A model generated the notes under the pieces. That model saw only the letters and a list, made by a program, of their open reading frames with translations. It was not told the origin of the DNA and searched no databases. Positions 29,451-44,486 of a stretch of DNA of 64,000 nt are shown here, in pieces. The DNA is from Octopus sinensis (taxonomy: Eukaryota), in contig NC_043006.1 of the NCBI RefSeq assembly GCF_006345805.1, forward strand, positions 10,168,001 to 10,232,000. Direction: 5' to 3'. How positions within the stretch are numbered: position 1 is the first letter of the stretch; every line of letters begins with the position of its first letter. Made by a program: the position numbers and the translations under genes.

Positions 29451-30288
29451 ACAGATCCTGTATGCATGTGTGCATGTATGTATGCATGAATTACGTATTG
29501 CATGTATTCATTTACGTATTGACGTACGTATATATGTATTTATATATGTAACGTAAATCCTCGAGTACAATCCGCATTTTTCCCCAAATTTTAACGGTCA
29601 AAATTCCTAGTGCGTACAATATATGAGGTTAAAAATGCAAAATATTTTCTAAGCTATTTCCGAGTCTCAATTTGCTGTTCCGCAATGTTTATTCAGACGC
29701 ATTTTGTGATGTCGGGCGCGAAAATACCTTAAGCTAAGCCTGAAAGCAATGAAGTCATAAAACAATCATCCATAACTTGCAGTAAGCAACATTTATTAAA
29801 TGTTATTACTGTTACTTCTTTATTTTCTGCAAACAAAATATACAAAAAAGCTTCATGTTTGCATTATGTTATATAAGAAATAATAATAAAGGACGTTACC
29901 GTATACATTTTTACAAACCAAGGACGTTATATAGACCTCCTTGATTCAAGTAAGAGAAGGGGCGCACCCCTTCTCCACAATGTTTAGGTTTTTCAGAGGT
30001 ACAGCCCCCTAAACATCTCCTGCGTATTATACTCGAGGGGGATAATACTCTAGGATTTACGGTATGTATACATACATCTTTGAAAATGCTGTGTCTTTAC
30101 TGTGATCTCCCTTTTAGTAGAAGAAATAGCTATAATCTCTTTGACTGCTATTTCTAAATTCGGTGTGCGGTAAGGCAATTCGTTGCTAAACCCTTAATTG
30201 CTTAGTATTACTTATATATATATATATATATATATAATAAATATTAGGAAATAAATCCAAATTTACAGAGAAATAAATCAATATTATA

Positions 30289-30335
<47 letters not shown>

Positions 30336-30450
30336 CATATATATACGTGTGTGTGTTTTGTGTGTGGATAAAGCATACATTAGGTGGCTTTTGTAGTAAT
30401 CATCTTGGTTAGCTATGCTAGGTGTTTAAATCACACAAACGTCAATTTAC

Positions 30451-30654
30451 CTTTCGGGTGGTTAGGTAAAATACTAGTCCTTTACTTAGATCGATTATCC
30501 GCTGTTTCGTCCCTTTGTTCGTGCCTCTCCGGCTAGGTATCTCTCCTTCGGAATGAAACCACCTGTTGTTGAATCTGGGACGGAACTTGTCTCTAGCAAA
30601 TGAAATTTTACCCAACATACATTGTATGTCTGGATCCTGCCTATACGGTTCCAT
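30451..30654 (-). other. Candidate coding exon (68 codons ending at a GT donor)
   Basis: MEPYRQDPDIQ...LVFYLTTRK ends AAG|GTAAAT in phase 0, with a stop two codons into the putative intron. The block is GC-richer than its flanks. No homology recognised. Confidence 0.2.
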
Positions 30655-33600
30655 TAGGATTTGATGCCCGCCACCTATAAGCTGGTGCGTTTAAGCGTGA
30701 GTGAGCTACAGTGAATATGCATATATGCACGTAGAGAGATAAGCAAAGAGAGAGAGAGAGAGAGATAGGGAGTGAGAGTAAGAAGTATACAGAGGGTGAA
30801 GGACAGGAAGAATTTTGATGAGTCAGATTTCCGGTGTGTTTGCATGTATGTATTTACTTGTATATTTATAAGGACTTTCGTTATATCCATGTATTTTATT
30901 GATACTTTTGACTGGTTACACAATAGGCGTTTTTGATATTAAGCTTGTAAAGTGGGCGTATCTCCTTTCAACTCGTTGGAAATGGTTTAATTTCTCATCA
31001 TAGATTTATGACACACTAAAATAAAACCACAAAACCATTATTGTAAAAGCCATTTGCTAGTCTTTCTTATTCAATTGTGAGAATGTACCGATGTTGATGA
31101 GTTATCAAAATGTTACGCTGGTAATTTTTCAGCAGTGATCTCAAGCGGCTTATGAAACACAAATCATGCTTCATATATGATTAATAGCATATGAACAAAT
31201 GTCAAAAGGATACTAAGAACATCATGGACTAACAATTAGATATTTAACATAAAATATATGCTCTGATTTATGTACCCGTTGCTTTATTTTGAATCCCTAT
31301 TCGAACCGAAAATCAATTGACTTGATTTATCCAAAATTTCATTATAAAAGAAAAAAAAATGCCTTCACGATTTTAATTTTCTAGAAATATATTTTCTATA
31401 TTTTTATACCAAATTTCTATCTCAAATTTATTGCAGTTCTTCTGCCCTCTGCTGATTTTATTCGTAACACATTGTTAGAAAAAAAAAGTAAAATGTCACT
31501 TAGTGAAGCTCTTTCAATTAAGTGATTACAATTTTGAAATATTCACGGAGTTAATCCATTTCGTTTAGAAGTTATTAATAAAATTTCATAAAGATTACAC
31601 GATAAAATAAATTCAATTTATAATTTAGAATGCATGCATACTTTATCGAACTTTTAATGGATTTGCGAAAATGATATAACTAATAAAATCGGACAAACAA
31701 TTACAATAAATGGAATAACGAAAACTTGCTAAATATCAATCGATGTAGTGGAGAAACAAATTTGAAACGTATAGATTAAATCTGCAATAAACAATTTATT
31801 TATAGGAAATTATGACTGTTCAATGCTTCGTTTACATTATGTATCGGCACAACTTTTTATCTAATTGATCAGCTCTTTGAAATATTGATTTTGTTTTTAC
31901 ACAACCTTATATTCAGAAATATATAGGGGAGAGGCAGCGTTGATAAATTCAACTTTGATATACCTTTGCTACAATCTATAAAATCTAAATTAGTACGAGG
32001 TTTATAGGTTATGAAAAGGCCTAAAGTTCACAAAAGTGGAGTTGAGATTTCATTGGGATCACGTGTATCACATATTTCAGCCCATGTTCTTGCGATATTA
32101 TTAAAGAGATATCTTGGCGCGAGATGAGCCAAATGAAAATAGGTTGCAGTGCTATACAAGCTTCGAATCACGCAAATGACTAAAGCTTAATAAACTATCG
32201 GTTTCCTAACTGAAGTTCCATTAAATTTATTTCTTGTTTAGATATTCATTCATTCAAAACATCATTAAATATATACATAAACTAGATTCGCCAGAGTTAC
32301 TTAGCTGATTCCTTTTTATACTATGCGACTAGTCCCTACCATGATTGTGAGTAATTCCCCGTTCTTTCAAGAATCTATTGAGTACAGGTTTTCACCAACT
32401 AAATCCACTTTGTCCGAGCTTATTTTGCAATTATGTATCGAGTGAACCTCTCTTCATGATTTTGTATCTTCTGACTTTTAAATTATAGCCTTATATCGAT
32501 CGAGATTCTATTAAAAATAAAATTGAAGAAATTGTTAGAAATATTTACAGGTTTTTCAAAAGTATTTAAAGGTTTTTCTGTGATAATATTGATATAACAT
32601 AGTTTTTGTTATAGTTTCATAATATATTATGCAATATGTAATATTGTTTTACGGTATAAGTGAAATATAGCTTTAAATAACTGCGCTATTTTTATAAAGC
32701 CTGCATTAAAAAAAAGCACTGTTACAAATGTATATTTTCTTTGCTATACACTTTTTATACACAATAGAGATGCAAGCACAAGACGCGTTACTAGCTTTAC
32801 TGGTGGATGAATCTGCTAAAACAAAAACTGTCATTTGTTTTCTTGTTGTCTTAAATGATGAAGAGGACATCCGGAATACGATTCTAGTTAAAGAAAGACT
32901 GACAAAACTAAATCACTGCATCTCATTGTTGAACACATTTGATTATATGTTTTTTTTTATTCAGTTGTGGTGTCGACAAACTTAAAAGAGCATCGACAGC
33001 AAAGGACGCAGCTATATCGTAGTAATGTTGCTGTAATATTTAGGTAATTTATATAATATGCCTCCTCTAGTCATTAAAACTCATTGATAGAGATACCAAT
33101 ATTATATACGGTCTAATTTATTGTGTTGCTTGAAATATAATGTGATGAAGATAGATAATTATTCAAACAACACCAAAGCCTCATCAGGACCATCGCTGCC
33201 GTTAGAAAATATGTTGGAAATATTTTAATCAATGAAAATTGGAAGTTTGTCAGCTTTCTAGTTTGTTCACAAAATTGGTATTATTAGAAGTGTAACTAAC
33301 TTTAAATATTTCTCATCCTGCGGCAATTTAAAACTGACATTTTCGAAAATTAATTTGTGCTATATTTAATTAAACCCAAGGATAGCAAAAGTCACGTGAT
33401 AGCAAAGTGCCAATGATGAGATATTCCTTTTTAATATCTATATCGACCGAATATATATATTCTCATACTACACGAGTTGGTGCAATAAATCTTCTTTGTT
33501 ATTAATTAGGTTCTATTTAAAACTGGTGACACAAATGTATTGACAGATTTTCTTCTCTAAATATCTACTCAAGTTATAAATAACAATATTTCTTTCTCTT

Positions 33601-35705
33601 AACTCCCTCACCCTCTTCTTCATCGCCGTCATCATCATCATCACTATCTCTTTATTTTCTTTTTCAACTCCATTATTATCGGTTTGTTGAGAGTTCTATT
33701 TTGATATTATAAAGAGAATGAACGAAATGGTGAAATATACTTCGTAAGCAATTATTCCGCCCTTCCTGAAAACTAGTGAGCAAACAGTAAATGTTATTCA
33801 CACTATGAAAAGATTATATAGATGAGATAGAAAAATCTATCTTTCTCAACACGTAATTACTATTTTATTTTCACAACTGGAAGCAGAAATCTTTGTTAAC
33901 GGTTTTTGCTGATACATAAATTTATCTCCTTTTACGCACCAATAATAGACGGACGTATTTGTCTTGTCTAGCACATCTTTTCGTTGATATAGAGACAAAT
34001 ATACCACAATTCTTATAAACGTTTATTTTATAACTAATCATATTCGTTGTAAGTTTGCAGGGCAATCATGGTCTATTGTTCAGATACAGTTGAGGATAGA
34101 CGAGAGTACAAGAAAAGATGTTGAAGTGTATAAAATATTGGATGCTAACTCGTATTCAATGATGTAGTTTGCCTTTGAATTATGTAGACAATACTTATCC
34201 AGAGGTTAAACTAACTTGATGAATTATTCGCCGAGGCATGCTTTAATATTTGGTTTCTGATAAATTTAAATTCAATAACAATTGGTACAATTTTGTCTGC
34301 TATATTTTAGACACGTATGTTTATTTACTGTAATAACACAATTGAAGTATCTCTTAAGAAGGATCTATCTTGTTTTGGCATGTACGTTGGCAGAGATTCC
34401 AATTATTTTGGCCAGATTTAAGTTTCTAGCCGTGTTTAGCAAGTATTATTCGATCGTAGACTCACTGTTTATATACAAGACACTCTTTTCTTTCTCTTTC
34501 ATACAACAATTGTTGAACAATATTAAATATGAATCAATATAATATCTAGTTAAAATATTTGGAATGTGTATATTCGTCTGAATTAACACGGAATACACAA
34601 GTAAGGGGAAGAGAAAGAGAGATAGTGACGTGACTGACAGATTAATTAATCCCATTTATTGGCTGTTTCATGAAGGCTGTTCAGTCATCTGCTACGACAT
34701 TTCCATTCACCTCGTACAACTCACAACCTGGTTCTAAACCTGCATACAACCATCAATATTGTTAACTGACCTTGTAAAAATAACCAGTATATCAGCTTGA
34801 GATCGCATCATTTTCACAGCAAAAATTAAGAACAAGTTGGACTGTATAAAATGGGACCAGCTGCACTTAAAATAATGAAAACAGTAAAATACGGGATCAT
34901 CACAGCTTGAATGGGTTCCATCTACAGTCCTAGAATAAACTGTATCTTAATGACAATATGTAGCTTGGTGGTGCATGGTCAGCATATAGGGCGCTATAAA
35001 TGAAATAGTCAGTAACGAAACTAATGCGATATATTTCAATCCTGATGAGGTTAGAACTTTTTAATATTCAATCATCTTTGTGATACAGTCATAGTAAGTC
35101 GGAATTCAGCGCTCTGTTGATTAAGGGGTCTTCGATTACCTTATATTGAAAACAACTTGCTGCACCTTTACATTAGTTAACTTTCCAATGAATTGACGTC
35201 TTCCTAATGGTGTAATTAGATAAAGAGAGGAACATTGTTTTAGTTAAGTTGAGGAATTAATAAGCATAACATACATCAAAGAATATATTTACTCTCACAT
35301 TTTTTAGCTCTTATCATTGTTACCGACATTGGTAATCACAAATTCATATCCTAACCTATTTTATCACTAATTCTCTCTATTTATATTCCAGGATCTTTGG
35401 ATTTTGTTATAAGTGTATGTAAATCTACTATATCTTCCTAGCTTATTTTCATAGATAAAAGTTTTTAACCAGACATTAAAGATTCTGAAAATAATGTTCT
35501 CATCAGTAGTTGAAACAAAGTAGTACAGTTCAAGATTGGTGTGTGATCATCGGATGAATTTTTTTTTCTAAGAATTAAGCTGTGACTTGTGCACTTTATA
35601 AAATCCGATTGACACTTATGTATCGGAATGATGTTTACATGTTAAACCTATACATGGCGATCATCTCCAAATGTTATGCAAAACGCAATAGGAGTTGCAA
35701 TCGAC

Positions 35706-35736
<31 letters not shown>

Positions 35737-35846
35737 ATACATAATAACAAAGGGTAAAATTTATTAAGTAACTAATAATCAATAATTTCACCAAGTAGAA
35801 TTCGACTTGAAAAGGGGCCATTTCACGGTAAATTAAAGTAATACTT

Positions 35847-35967
35847 TATAATAGGGGTCAGCAAAGATTTGCTTTACCACATACCGAAGTTTAGAGCTAA
35901 GGATTTTGGGTTGCTATTTCAAAACGTCGGTATGTGGTAAAGCAAATCTTTGCTGAACCCTATTATA
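35847..35967. repeat. Near-perfect hairpin/MITE: 41-bp arms with 1 mismatch, 39-nt loop
   Basis: TATAATAGGGGTCAGCAAAGATTTGCTTTACCACATACCGA (35847-35887) versus TCGGTATGTGGTAAAGCAAATCTTTGCTGAACCCTATTATA (35927-35967). Confidence 0.95.
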
Positions 35968-35971
35968 CAGT

Positions 35972-36785
<814 letters not shown>

Positions 36786-37173
36786 TATATATATATATAT
36801 ATACATATCTATCTATCTATCTGTATATATATATATGGTGAAGTGATATATTTATGTGTTGTAAAGTGGGTCCCTCCCACTGGTGTGTTGTGTGATTGGC
36901 GTTGTATTATAGTTAGTGTGTTACGTTAGTAGTCACAATAGTTACTAATCATCGGATACCGTTGTATCTCTTCGTACCCGATTAGTAATACACTAACCTG
37001 TGTATTACTATCGTAGATAGGTCAAGAAGACAACGTGTGGAACTGTCGGCTCTCCCCTCTTCGACTCTTGACCCTCTCTTAAGTATCGTCTATGGTCCCT
37101 TTATACCGGAAAATATCTGTACCACTTTTTCCAGGGAGGAGTATACAGATTCATTACACAACAATATATATAT

Positions 37174-37204
<31 letters not shown>

Positions 37205-37250
37205 GGCCGCAGTCAAATGACTGAAACAAGTAAAAGAATAAAAGAGTAAA
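37205..37250 (+). mobile_element. Family A SINE 3' tail only
   Basis: TGGCCGCAGTCAAATGACTGAAACAAGTAAAAGAATAAAAGAGTAAAAG. Confidence 0.85.
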
Positions 37251-37272
37251 AGGTTATATATATATAGCAAAA

Positions 37273-37306
37273 ACTCTCCGACGAACGGCAACGTGAAACT
37301 CAGAGT
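37273..37306 (+). ncRNA. Type I hammerhead-ribozyme-like motif (variant or relic)
   Basis: ACTCT-CCGACGA-ACG-GCAA-CGT-GAAA-C-TC-AGAGT: helix I, CUGAnGA-like core (U4 to C), helix II with GNRA loop, GAAA, UC, and no helix III loop. Activity is unknown. Confidence 0.5.
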
Positions 37307-37343
37307 AACAGGTTTTGTTGAATTTTCTGCGGCTTTAAATAAA

Positions 37344-37380
<37 letters not shown>

Positions 37381-37964
37381 TTCAGCATTGTTAGCATTTA
37401 TATTTGCACTGTTGTGCTGGTGTGCATCATACTCGATGCATTTATTTCTAGGAATTCAAAAATATTTGAATTAGCTGATAACGATTGGTTTTCATTATCT
37501 TCTTCATCTCATAAAGAACTCAAAATATACTTGCACCCTACGCCATAATTGCTAGCCTTGTGCCAAAACTTGAAGCCAATATTTATAGTCTAAAAACGAA
37601 ACGACATTTACGTGACCTTTCCTTCGTGCTAAATTCGTAAAGTATAAACCTGTTTGTAAACTAAATACCGTGGATTAAGTTATTTAGGCCAAGTTGAGTA
37701 ACAAATTTGAAATCTTTGCTGTACTACATAGCAGAAATACACCTTTCATTGAATGATCCTTTAATAACAATTAAATGTTTTGACTCCGGTAATGTAGTTG
37801 CTAAGCTAATATTAAAATTACCTTTTCTTGCTGAAGATAAATTTATATATTGTTATTGTTTAAAAACGAGCTTAAACATAATTTCGCTAATCAGAACTTT
37901 CTCTTACAATTATGTACAATCATAAGGCATAATTATATCCAAATTAGAATTTGAGCCAACATAT

Positions 37965-38038
<74 letters not shown>

Positions 38039-38039
38039 T

Positions 38040-38187
38040 ATACATAGCTGCATGTGTAGCTGTGTGGCAAAAACCGTTCCTCCCACCCACACGCGGTCCC
38101 AAGTTCGATACCACTATGTGGCACCTTGGGCCTACTAAAGCCTTCTGAGGGAATTTGGTAGACCGAAACAGAATGAAGCCCGTCGTA

Positions 38188-38237
<50 letters not shown>

Positions 38238-38510
38238 TGTGTGTGTGTGTGTGTGAGTGTGTGTTTGTGTGTGTGAGTGTGTGTGTGTGTGAGCACGACT
38301 CTGTGTCTTTCTTTGTCCCCCACCATCACTTGACAACCGGTGTTGGTGCGTTTATGTTCCAACAAAACCTAGCGGATCGGCAAACGCTACCGATGGAATA
38401 AGTACTAGTCTTACAAAAAACAAGTCCCGGGGTCGATTTCTGCGACTGAATGTGGTACTATAGCATGGCCGCCGTCAAATGACTGAAACGTGTAAAAATC
38501 GTAAGAGAGA
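38040..38510 (+). mobile_element. Family A SINE, diverged, full length
   Basis: Head, GGCACCTTGGGCC, GAAGCCCGTCG and tail AATGACTGAAAC are present. Confidence 0.85.
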
Positions 38511-38726
38511 TATATATTTACAAATTTGTCAAAAAAAAAAAAGTAGAAAGATTACTCGATTTAAATGCAGCATATATTATTCTATATAATATATATTATT
38601 GTGTTTGGGGAGAGTGTTATTATTTTATCATACTCACCAGAAATAAGTAAATGAGGGGAAATCGAACCGGTGAGTGTGTTAAATGATAAGACGCTAAAAG
38701 AGAAGTACTTTAAATTAAAGACTATT

Positions 38727-39215
38727 TGCAACATATCATGGTAGTCCAATTTGGGACGAATACTGCTTTTTTTTATCCCCAGGAAATACCGTCTCCAGTG
38801 AAATACCGAAACAATATTTGTGTTCTCATATTTCCGAACAGAGGAGTTTAGCATTCCTAATCTGCACAAAGCAATATCTACTTTGAAGTACTCCTACTGT
38901 ATGTCTCTCGTTGAGAGATTTAGAAATAATAATATTTATGTTTATGACATCAGTGTTTGTATGTCACTTTCAAAATTCTATGTATTTTTTTACCGGGAAA
39001 TTAGGAGCGGCACCTTAGTCCAGCAGTTATTCGGTGCGGAGAAAGGAAATAACACAGAAACCGCGGCGGTCTGCAGATATTGCTTTGTGCTAAACTCCCC
39101 TGTTCAAAAATATAAGGACACGGATATTGTGTTGTATCGCCAGCTAGAAAGGTTGTTTGCTGGGGTTAAACAACAGTAGCACTCGTCCCAACCAGGACTG
39201 CCACATTATGTTGGA
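38727..39215. repeat. Old diverged inverted repeat (MITE-like), arms about 145-155 bp
   Basis: 38727-38881 matches the reverse complement of 39073-39215 (shared TTGGGACGA, GAACAG(A/G)GGAGTTTAGCA and CACAAAGCAATATCT). Confidence 0.8.
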
Positions 39216-39227
39216 GAATAGTCTTTA

Positions 39228-39318
<91 letters not shown>

Positions 39319-39404
39319 TTAAATTAGAGATAAAACCACTATTAGGCAAATCATACAATGAAAAACTTAAGCCAATACATAAGATTAATTAATTTATATT
39401 ACTT

Positions 39405-39769
39405 GAGTGGCTGTGTGGTAAGTAGCTTGTTTACTAACCACATGGTTCCGGGTTCAGTACCACTGCGTGGCACCTTGGGCAAGTGTCTTCTACTATAGCC
39501 TCGGGCCGACCAAAGCCTTGTGAGTGGATATATATATGCGTGTGTGTGTTTGTGTGTCTGTGTTTGTCCCCCTAGCATTGCTTGATAACCGATGCTGGTG
39601 TGTTTATGTCCCCGTTACTTAGCGGTTCGGCAAAAGAGACCGATAGAATAAGTACTGGGCTTACAAAAGAATAAATCCCGGGGTCGAGTTGCTCGATTAA
39701 AGGTGGTGCTCCAGCATGGCCGCAGTCAAATGACTGAAACAAGTAAAAGAGTAAAAGAGTAAAAGAGTA
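39405..39769 (+). mobile_element. Family A SINE, young subfamily, tail (AAAAGAGT)x3
   Basis: Least-diverged copy; small deletion before the internal microsatellite. Confidence 0.93.
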
Positions 39770-39796
39770 TATCAAAATTATTCCCTAATATTTTAT

Positions 39797-39849
<53 letters not shown>

Positions 39850-39851
<2 letters not shown>

Positions 39852-40125
39852 TCGCGGTCGTAGGATCGCTGTTTCGATCCCCCGACCGGTCGTTGTGAGT
39901 GTTTATTGAGTGAAAACACCTAAAGCTCCACGAGGCTCCTGCAGGGGGTGGTGGCGATGCTGCTGTACCCTTTCATCACAAATTTCTGTCACTCTTTCTT
40001 ATGTTGGCCTGCTCGCTTACCCATGGGGTGGCGTCATTTGAAGGCTGAAAAAATGCGAAGCGCATTGTGATCAGCGATGTGTAGCAACGTTTGATAGCTG
40101 GTCGGTCACGGTGATCTCGGTGATA
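39850..40125 (+). mobile_element. tRNA-derived SINE family C, 5'-truncated
   Basis: B-box-like GTTTCGATCCC after CTCGCGGTCGTAGGATCGC, followed by a GC-rich body. Single copy in the window. Confidence 0.6.
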
Positions 40126-42955
40126 TATATATACTTATACATATATGCATGTCCGTGCGCGTGCATGCGCGCATGTGTGTAGTACATGAAATACGTAGTA
40201 ACTGCTCTAACAGTGTGCAAAATTATACATTTTTGCAATTGCCCTCACAATTCACATTATCTCGGTGGCTATGAAAAGTATATTCTTTAACAACATCGTG
40301 TATATAATCCCATGTCTTTCGCATGTCCGACTCCCTTTTCCTTAACAGTAAAAACAGTAACATTGTGGAAAATATCCATTTGTATTTTAACTCTTCAACT
40401 ATCCTTGCCGATCAAACGTTTTTTTATTCCATTTATTCTTTTAGAAAACATTGCTAGGTGTTCTGCTTCCAACTATACGATGAATGCAAATAATTTCAAC
40501 GGACATTTAATGACAAATTATAAGTGCAGAAACATAGAGATATATTTATGAAATATTGAATAACAGTATGTTTATAGGAGCGCGCACCCATGTGCTCCCC
40601 CCACGCACGCACACACACATATATACACAGACTGTTGCTTACATATGTGTGCATACATTGAATTCTGTATAATTCCTATATGTATACGTAGAATACTAGA
40701 CAGTCGTGGGTGAGTCTATGATGATTTATTCAGTCCCTTTATAGATAGATAACACATGTTGGAAATTTAATGCAGTAATATCTAACTACACAAATAAGCA
40801 AAAACTATTAATTTAAACAGTCTACATATATAAAATATTGGGTAAATAAGATCTTTACTTAAGAAATGTCAAACACTACCGAATGGATAATGATTAATCT
40901 TTTGTTTTATTGACTTCTGTATTCGCTGTCAGAAAACCAATTTGTTTTTCAAATACCCAAGTAGTATAAATACCCAGTGCTATTTTTTTTCAATTTTCGA
41001 GAATAGATTTTATACAAATAATCCTCTTCCATCGAATTCCTTAATCCTTAGGTTCAGTTGGCAAGAAAATCTTTGTAGATATTGTTATATGATAAATAAC
41101 GTCGCAAAAAGTATTTTCATCTCAACTAATCTGGTTTGAAGTATGTTGGTATCAATACCACCTTCCATCCTCTCAAGTTCGCTTTGTAATCTATAGTAAT
41201 ATACCAACGTATATTCTTTCAGCAAACAACTTGGAACAGACTTAATCTTGTGCTAATGATAGGAAGTATCAAAGTGACCAGTAAAGTATCGGATTACTCA
41301 CTATTTCTTTCTGCGCATTTACGTTCGAAATTCATATCCAACACTGTTTAACGTTGCAACATTTCCACATCATTGAAATAAAGAATGAGTGAGGCCCTGA
41401 GAGTGATTTTACTTTTTATAATTCCCACTACATGTGTGGCGCTGTGCTTTTCTTCAGAATTGTTTTGTTTTTCACATTTATAAGTTCTCTTCAGCCCAGA
41501 GCTGTAAATTTTCAAGAATTATTTAATAAATGGTTATCTCTATATTTTCTTAATGTTTAAAGCTTTTCACTTTTTACACAGTAATGTTTCGTTCAGTTGT
41601 ATCCGAGGAAATGATGTATTTCATTTATTGTAACGAACCTCTGTCAAAGAACTGAATAGCTAAATTCAACTAAACTTAAGAAATTGTTTTCACTTCAAAA
41701 ATATGTGGCAGGTCACACTTCTTACCTGTATAGGTCATACTCATAAACAAATACAAATATGTAACCCTATTTAATTTCTCCGAAACTTAAATTAATGGCT
41801 GAAATGCTAAAGTTGACCGATATACGCATGAATAAAACCGAACGTGGAAATGCATAGAAATCTCTCAGTTTTTGTTCCTTTCTCTTTACTCATATATCAT
41901 GTGCAATGGAAGTTTTACAACTCGTGCCTTCGAGCTAAGTTAATTTAGCATTTAACAACTGATTCCTTTTGTATTGGCTTAAAACGGAGATTTGATTTGA
42001 AGGGAGACACTGTAAAACTTTTTGATAATTATCCAATATGCTATCACGGCAACAACTTTAACGGCTTTATATAAAGCGTACAATATATTACACAGAATAT
42101 ATATGTATATATATGTGTGTGTATATATATGTATGTGTGTATACACACATGCACACACATACACACAGGTGTACATAAACAAACAGACACAAACATATAT
42201 ATTACGAAACGTTCATGTAGAAAATTAACGTTACTGTAGTCTATGACTCCAGCAATGAGTTAAATAAATAACATGGTCCCAACCTAACTTAAGCATAAAA
42301 CAGGAGACAGGCATAGTTGTTTATATATTATACGGATTTACAGTTGCAGCCGTTGAAGGAACATTTAAACCCAAATATATCAACCATCTTTAGACTTTTA
42401 CTCACCGTGATACATTCAACTACATTTTCAAAATTAATCTGGAAACTTAAAGAGGTAATGACTCACTTCAACACCATATGAAAACTACATTATATGCAAA
42501 CTACAACATTATATGGAAAATCATTTTCAAAATCAAACTCTATAGTAAATAGGTCAAAAAGATGTTCAATGTCTACTCTTAAAAGACAATATTTCTAAAT
42601 GATTTGAGAGCCTCCAGCGACTTCGTAAGTTCTAGGAACAACATTCTTTCTGTTTGTATTTAATAAAAATACATCTTGGCGGAAATTAAAAAAGGGCTAA
42701 CGAATACATCGTAAACCACACATTTTGATATTTGTTTGTGTAAAGTTGGTTATTTCCCATGTGTTTTTCTTTTTGTATTCTTCCTTATGAGCGTTCTTTG
42801 TTCAAAAGTCATCTGCTTAGAAAGGAATATAGAAGTGGTCACCCCACATATCATAAATTCTAATCAATCTTTAAGCACTAAGGACGGAAATGTGAAACTC
42901 GTGATAATGTCTGAAGATTTTGATTCCAATAATGAATAATAGGTATTTATATATC

Positions 42956-43032
<77 letters not shown>

Positions 43033-43106
43033 CCATCTATCTACATGTATATATATATGTGCGTGTGTGTGTGTGTGTGTGTCTGTCTGTCTGTGTGTAA
43101 GTGTAA

Positions 43107-43192
<86 letters not shown>

Positions 43193-43222
43193 TAATATAT
43201 ATATATATATATAATATATATA

Positions 43223-43302
<80 letters not shown>

Positions 43303-44267
43303 ATACATATTTATATACATGCGTGTATGTGTTCGCAAAATTTTCAAAACCCATTTCCCTTTCCCTCTGAAATGTTCCAAAATGTCTGGTTCGTTATAAG
43401 TAATTTACAGCGTGAGATTACTCTCATCAATCACAATACAAACTAATCAGCTTTTATTCTTCATTCTTACTTCAGCTCTTACTTCAAACGTCCGCAATAA
43501 TACAGAATATGTCTCTGGAAAAATAAAAATAAAATAAAACAAAAATAAAGGAATATAAGACTTCTTGTTATAAATTTAATGAAAATTAGATAAACTTGGG
43601 AGCGTTTGCTAAGACACTGAAGTGATGGAAATCGATTTAGTCTATTGTTATTTAAATTACCCATACTGATACAAATATCCAGAGTGTATTTAACAGTTAT
43701 CAAAATTTCATATCATCAATAAAACAGCGGGACATTTCTTTCCTCCTTCATTTCCTTTTTAGCCTTGTTTCTTTCTAACTCACTTTTGTTATTTTCTTCA
43801 TTTTCTCTTCGTTTTCATTTTGCGCCTGTCATATATTTCGCTTCGAGTGACGTCACATCAAACTATCTCCTAGTGTACATCTGTGACCTCGTCAATTAAC
43901 GTCTTCATCATCGATTGATTGTTGACATGCTCTATATACATCAATATTGGTTGGTAGAAATAATTACAATCATCAGTCATTAGAAATCTCAGGAGAACCT
44001 ATAACCTCTATAATTAAGATGTCGACCAAAATTTCAATAAACTTACAGAAAATTTGTCTGGTGAAATTGATTCCATACAGTAACATAAAAATTAAGATTA
44101 GGCGAACAAAATTATACCTACATATATCATATATCATTGCAGAAGTAACTGTGTCTTTAAGATGTTGAGATTTTTAGATGTTAAGTTTCTTAGTGTTCAT
44201 CAAACTTTGTTGGCGACCATTGAATACATGCATGCGGGTGGCTGTATAAATACATACGTACATACAA

Positions 44268-44309
<42 letters not shown>

Positions 44310-44416
44310 TATATATAATATATAATATATATATTATATAGAGAGAGAGAGAGAAAGAGAGATACATAGATAGATAGAGAGATATATCCATACATATATG
44401 TATATATGTATGTATA

Positions 44417-44486
<70 letters not shown>

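Noticed and set aside
29954-29975. 9-bp GC-rich hairpin GAGAAGGGG-CGCA-CCCCTTCTC as a Helitron 3' end or terminator
   Set aside because: No CTRR terminus at the expected distance and no linked 5' end. Rho-independent terminators do not apply to this eukaryotic DNA.
32770-34130. LLVDES and LRIDEST motifs reminiscent of hAT transposases
   Set aside because: Two short motifs 1.3 kb apart with no other hAT blocks or TIRs; insufficient without a profile search.
38638-38693. LSFNTLTGSIS resemblance to a leucine-rich repeat with splice sites
   Set aside because: The GTGAGT donor is part of a local imperfect inverted repeat, 56 nt is not an LRR-sized exon, and it is a single isolated motif.
39405-39470. 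tRNA gene call for SINE heads (also the B-box-like GGTTCGAATCC on the minus strand near 61835-61845)
   Set aside because: No complete cloverleaf or acceptor stem; the heads run straight into SINE bodies.
43847-43856. Palindromic CRE-like site GTGACGTCAC
   Set aside because: One such motif in 64 kb is compatible with chance, and there is no promoter evidence.
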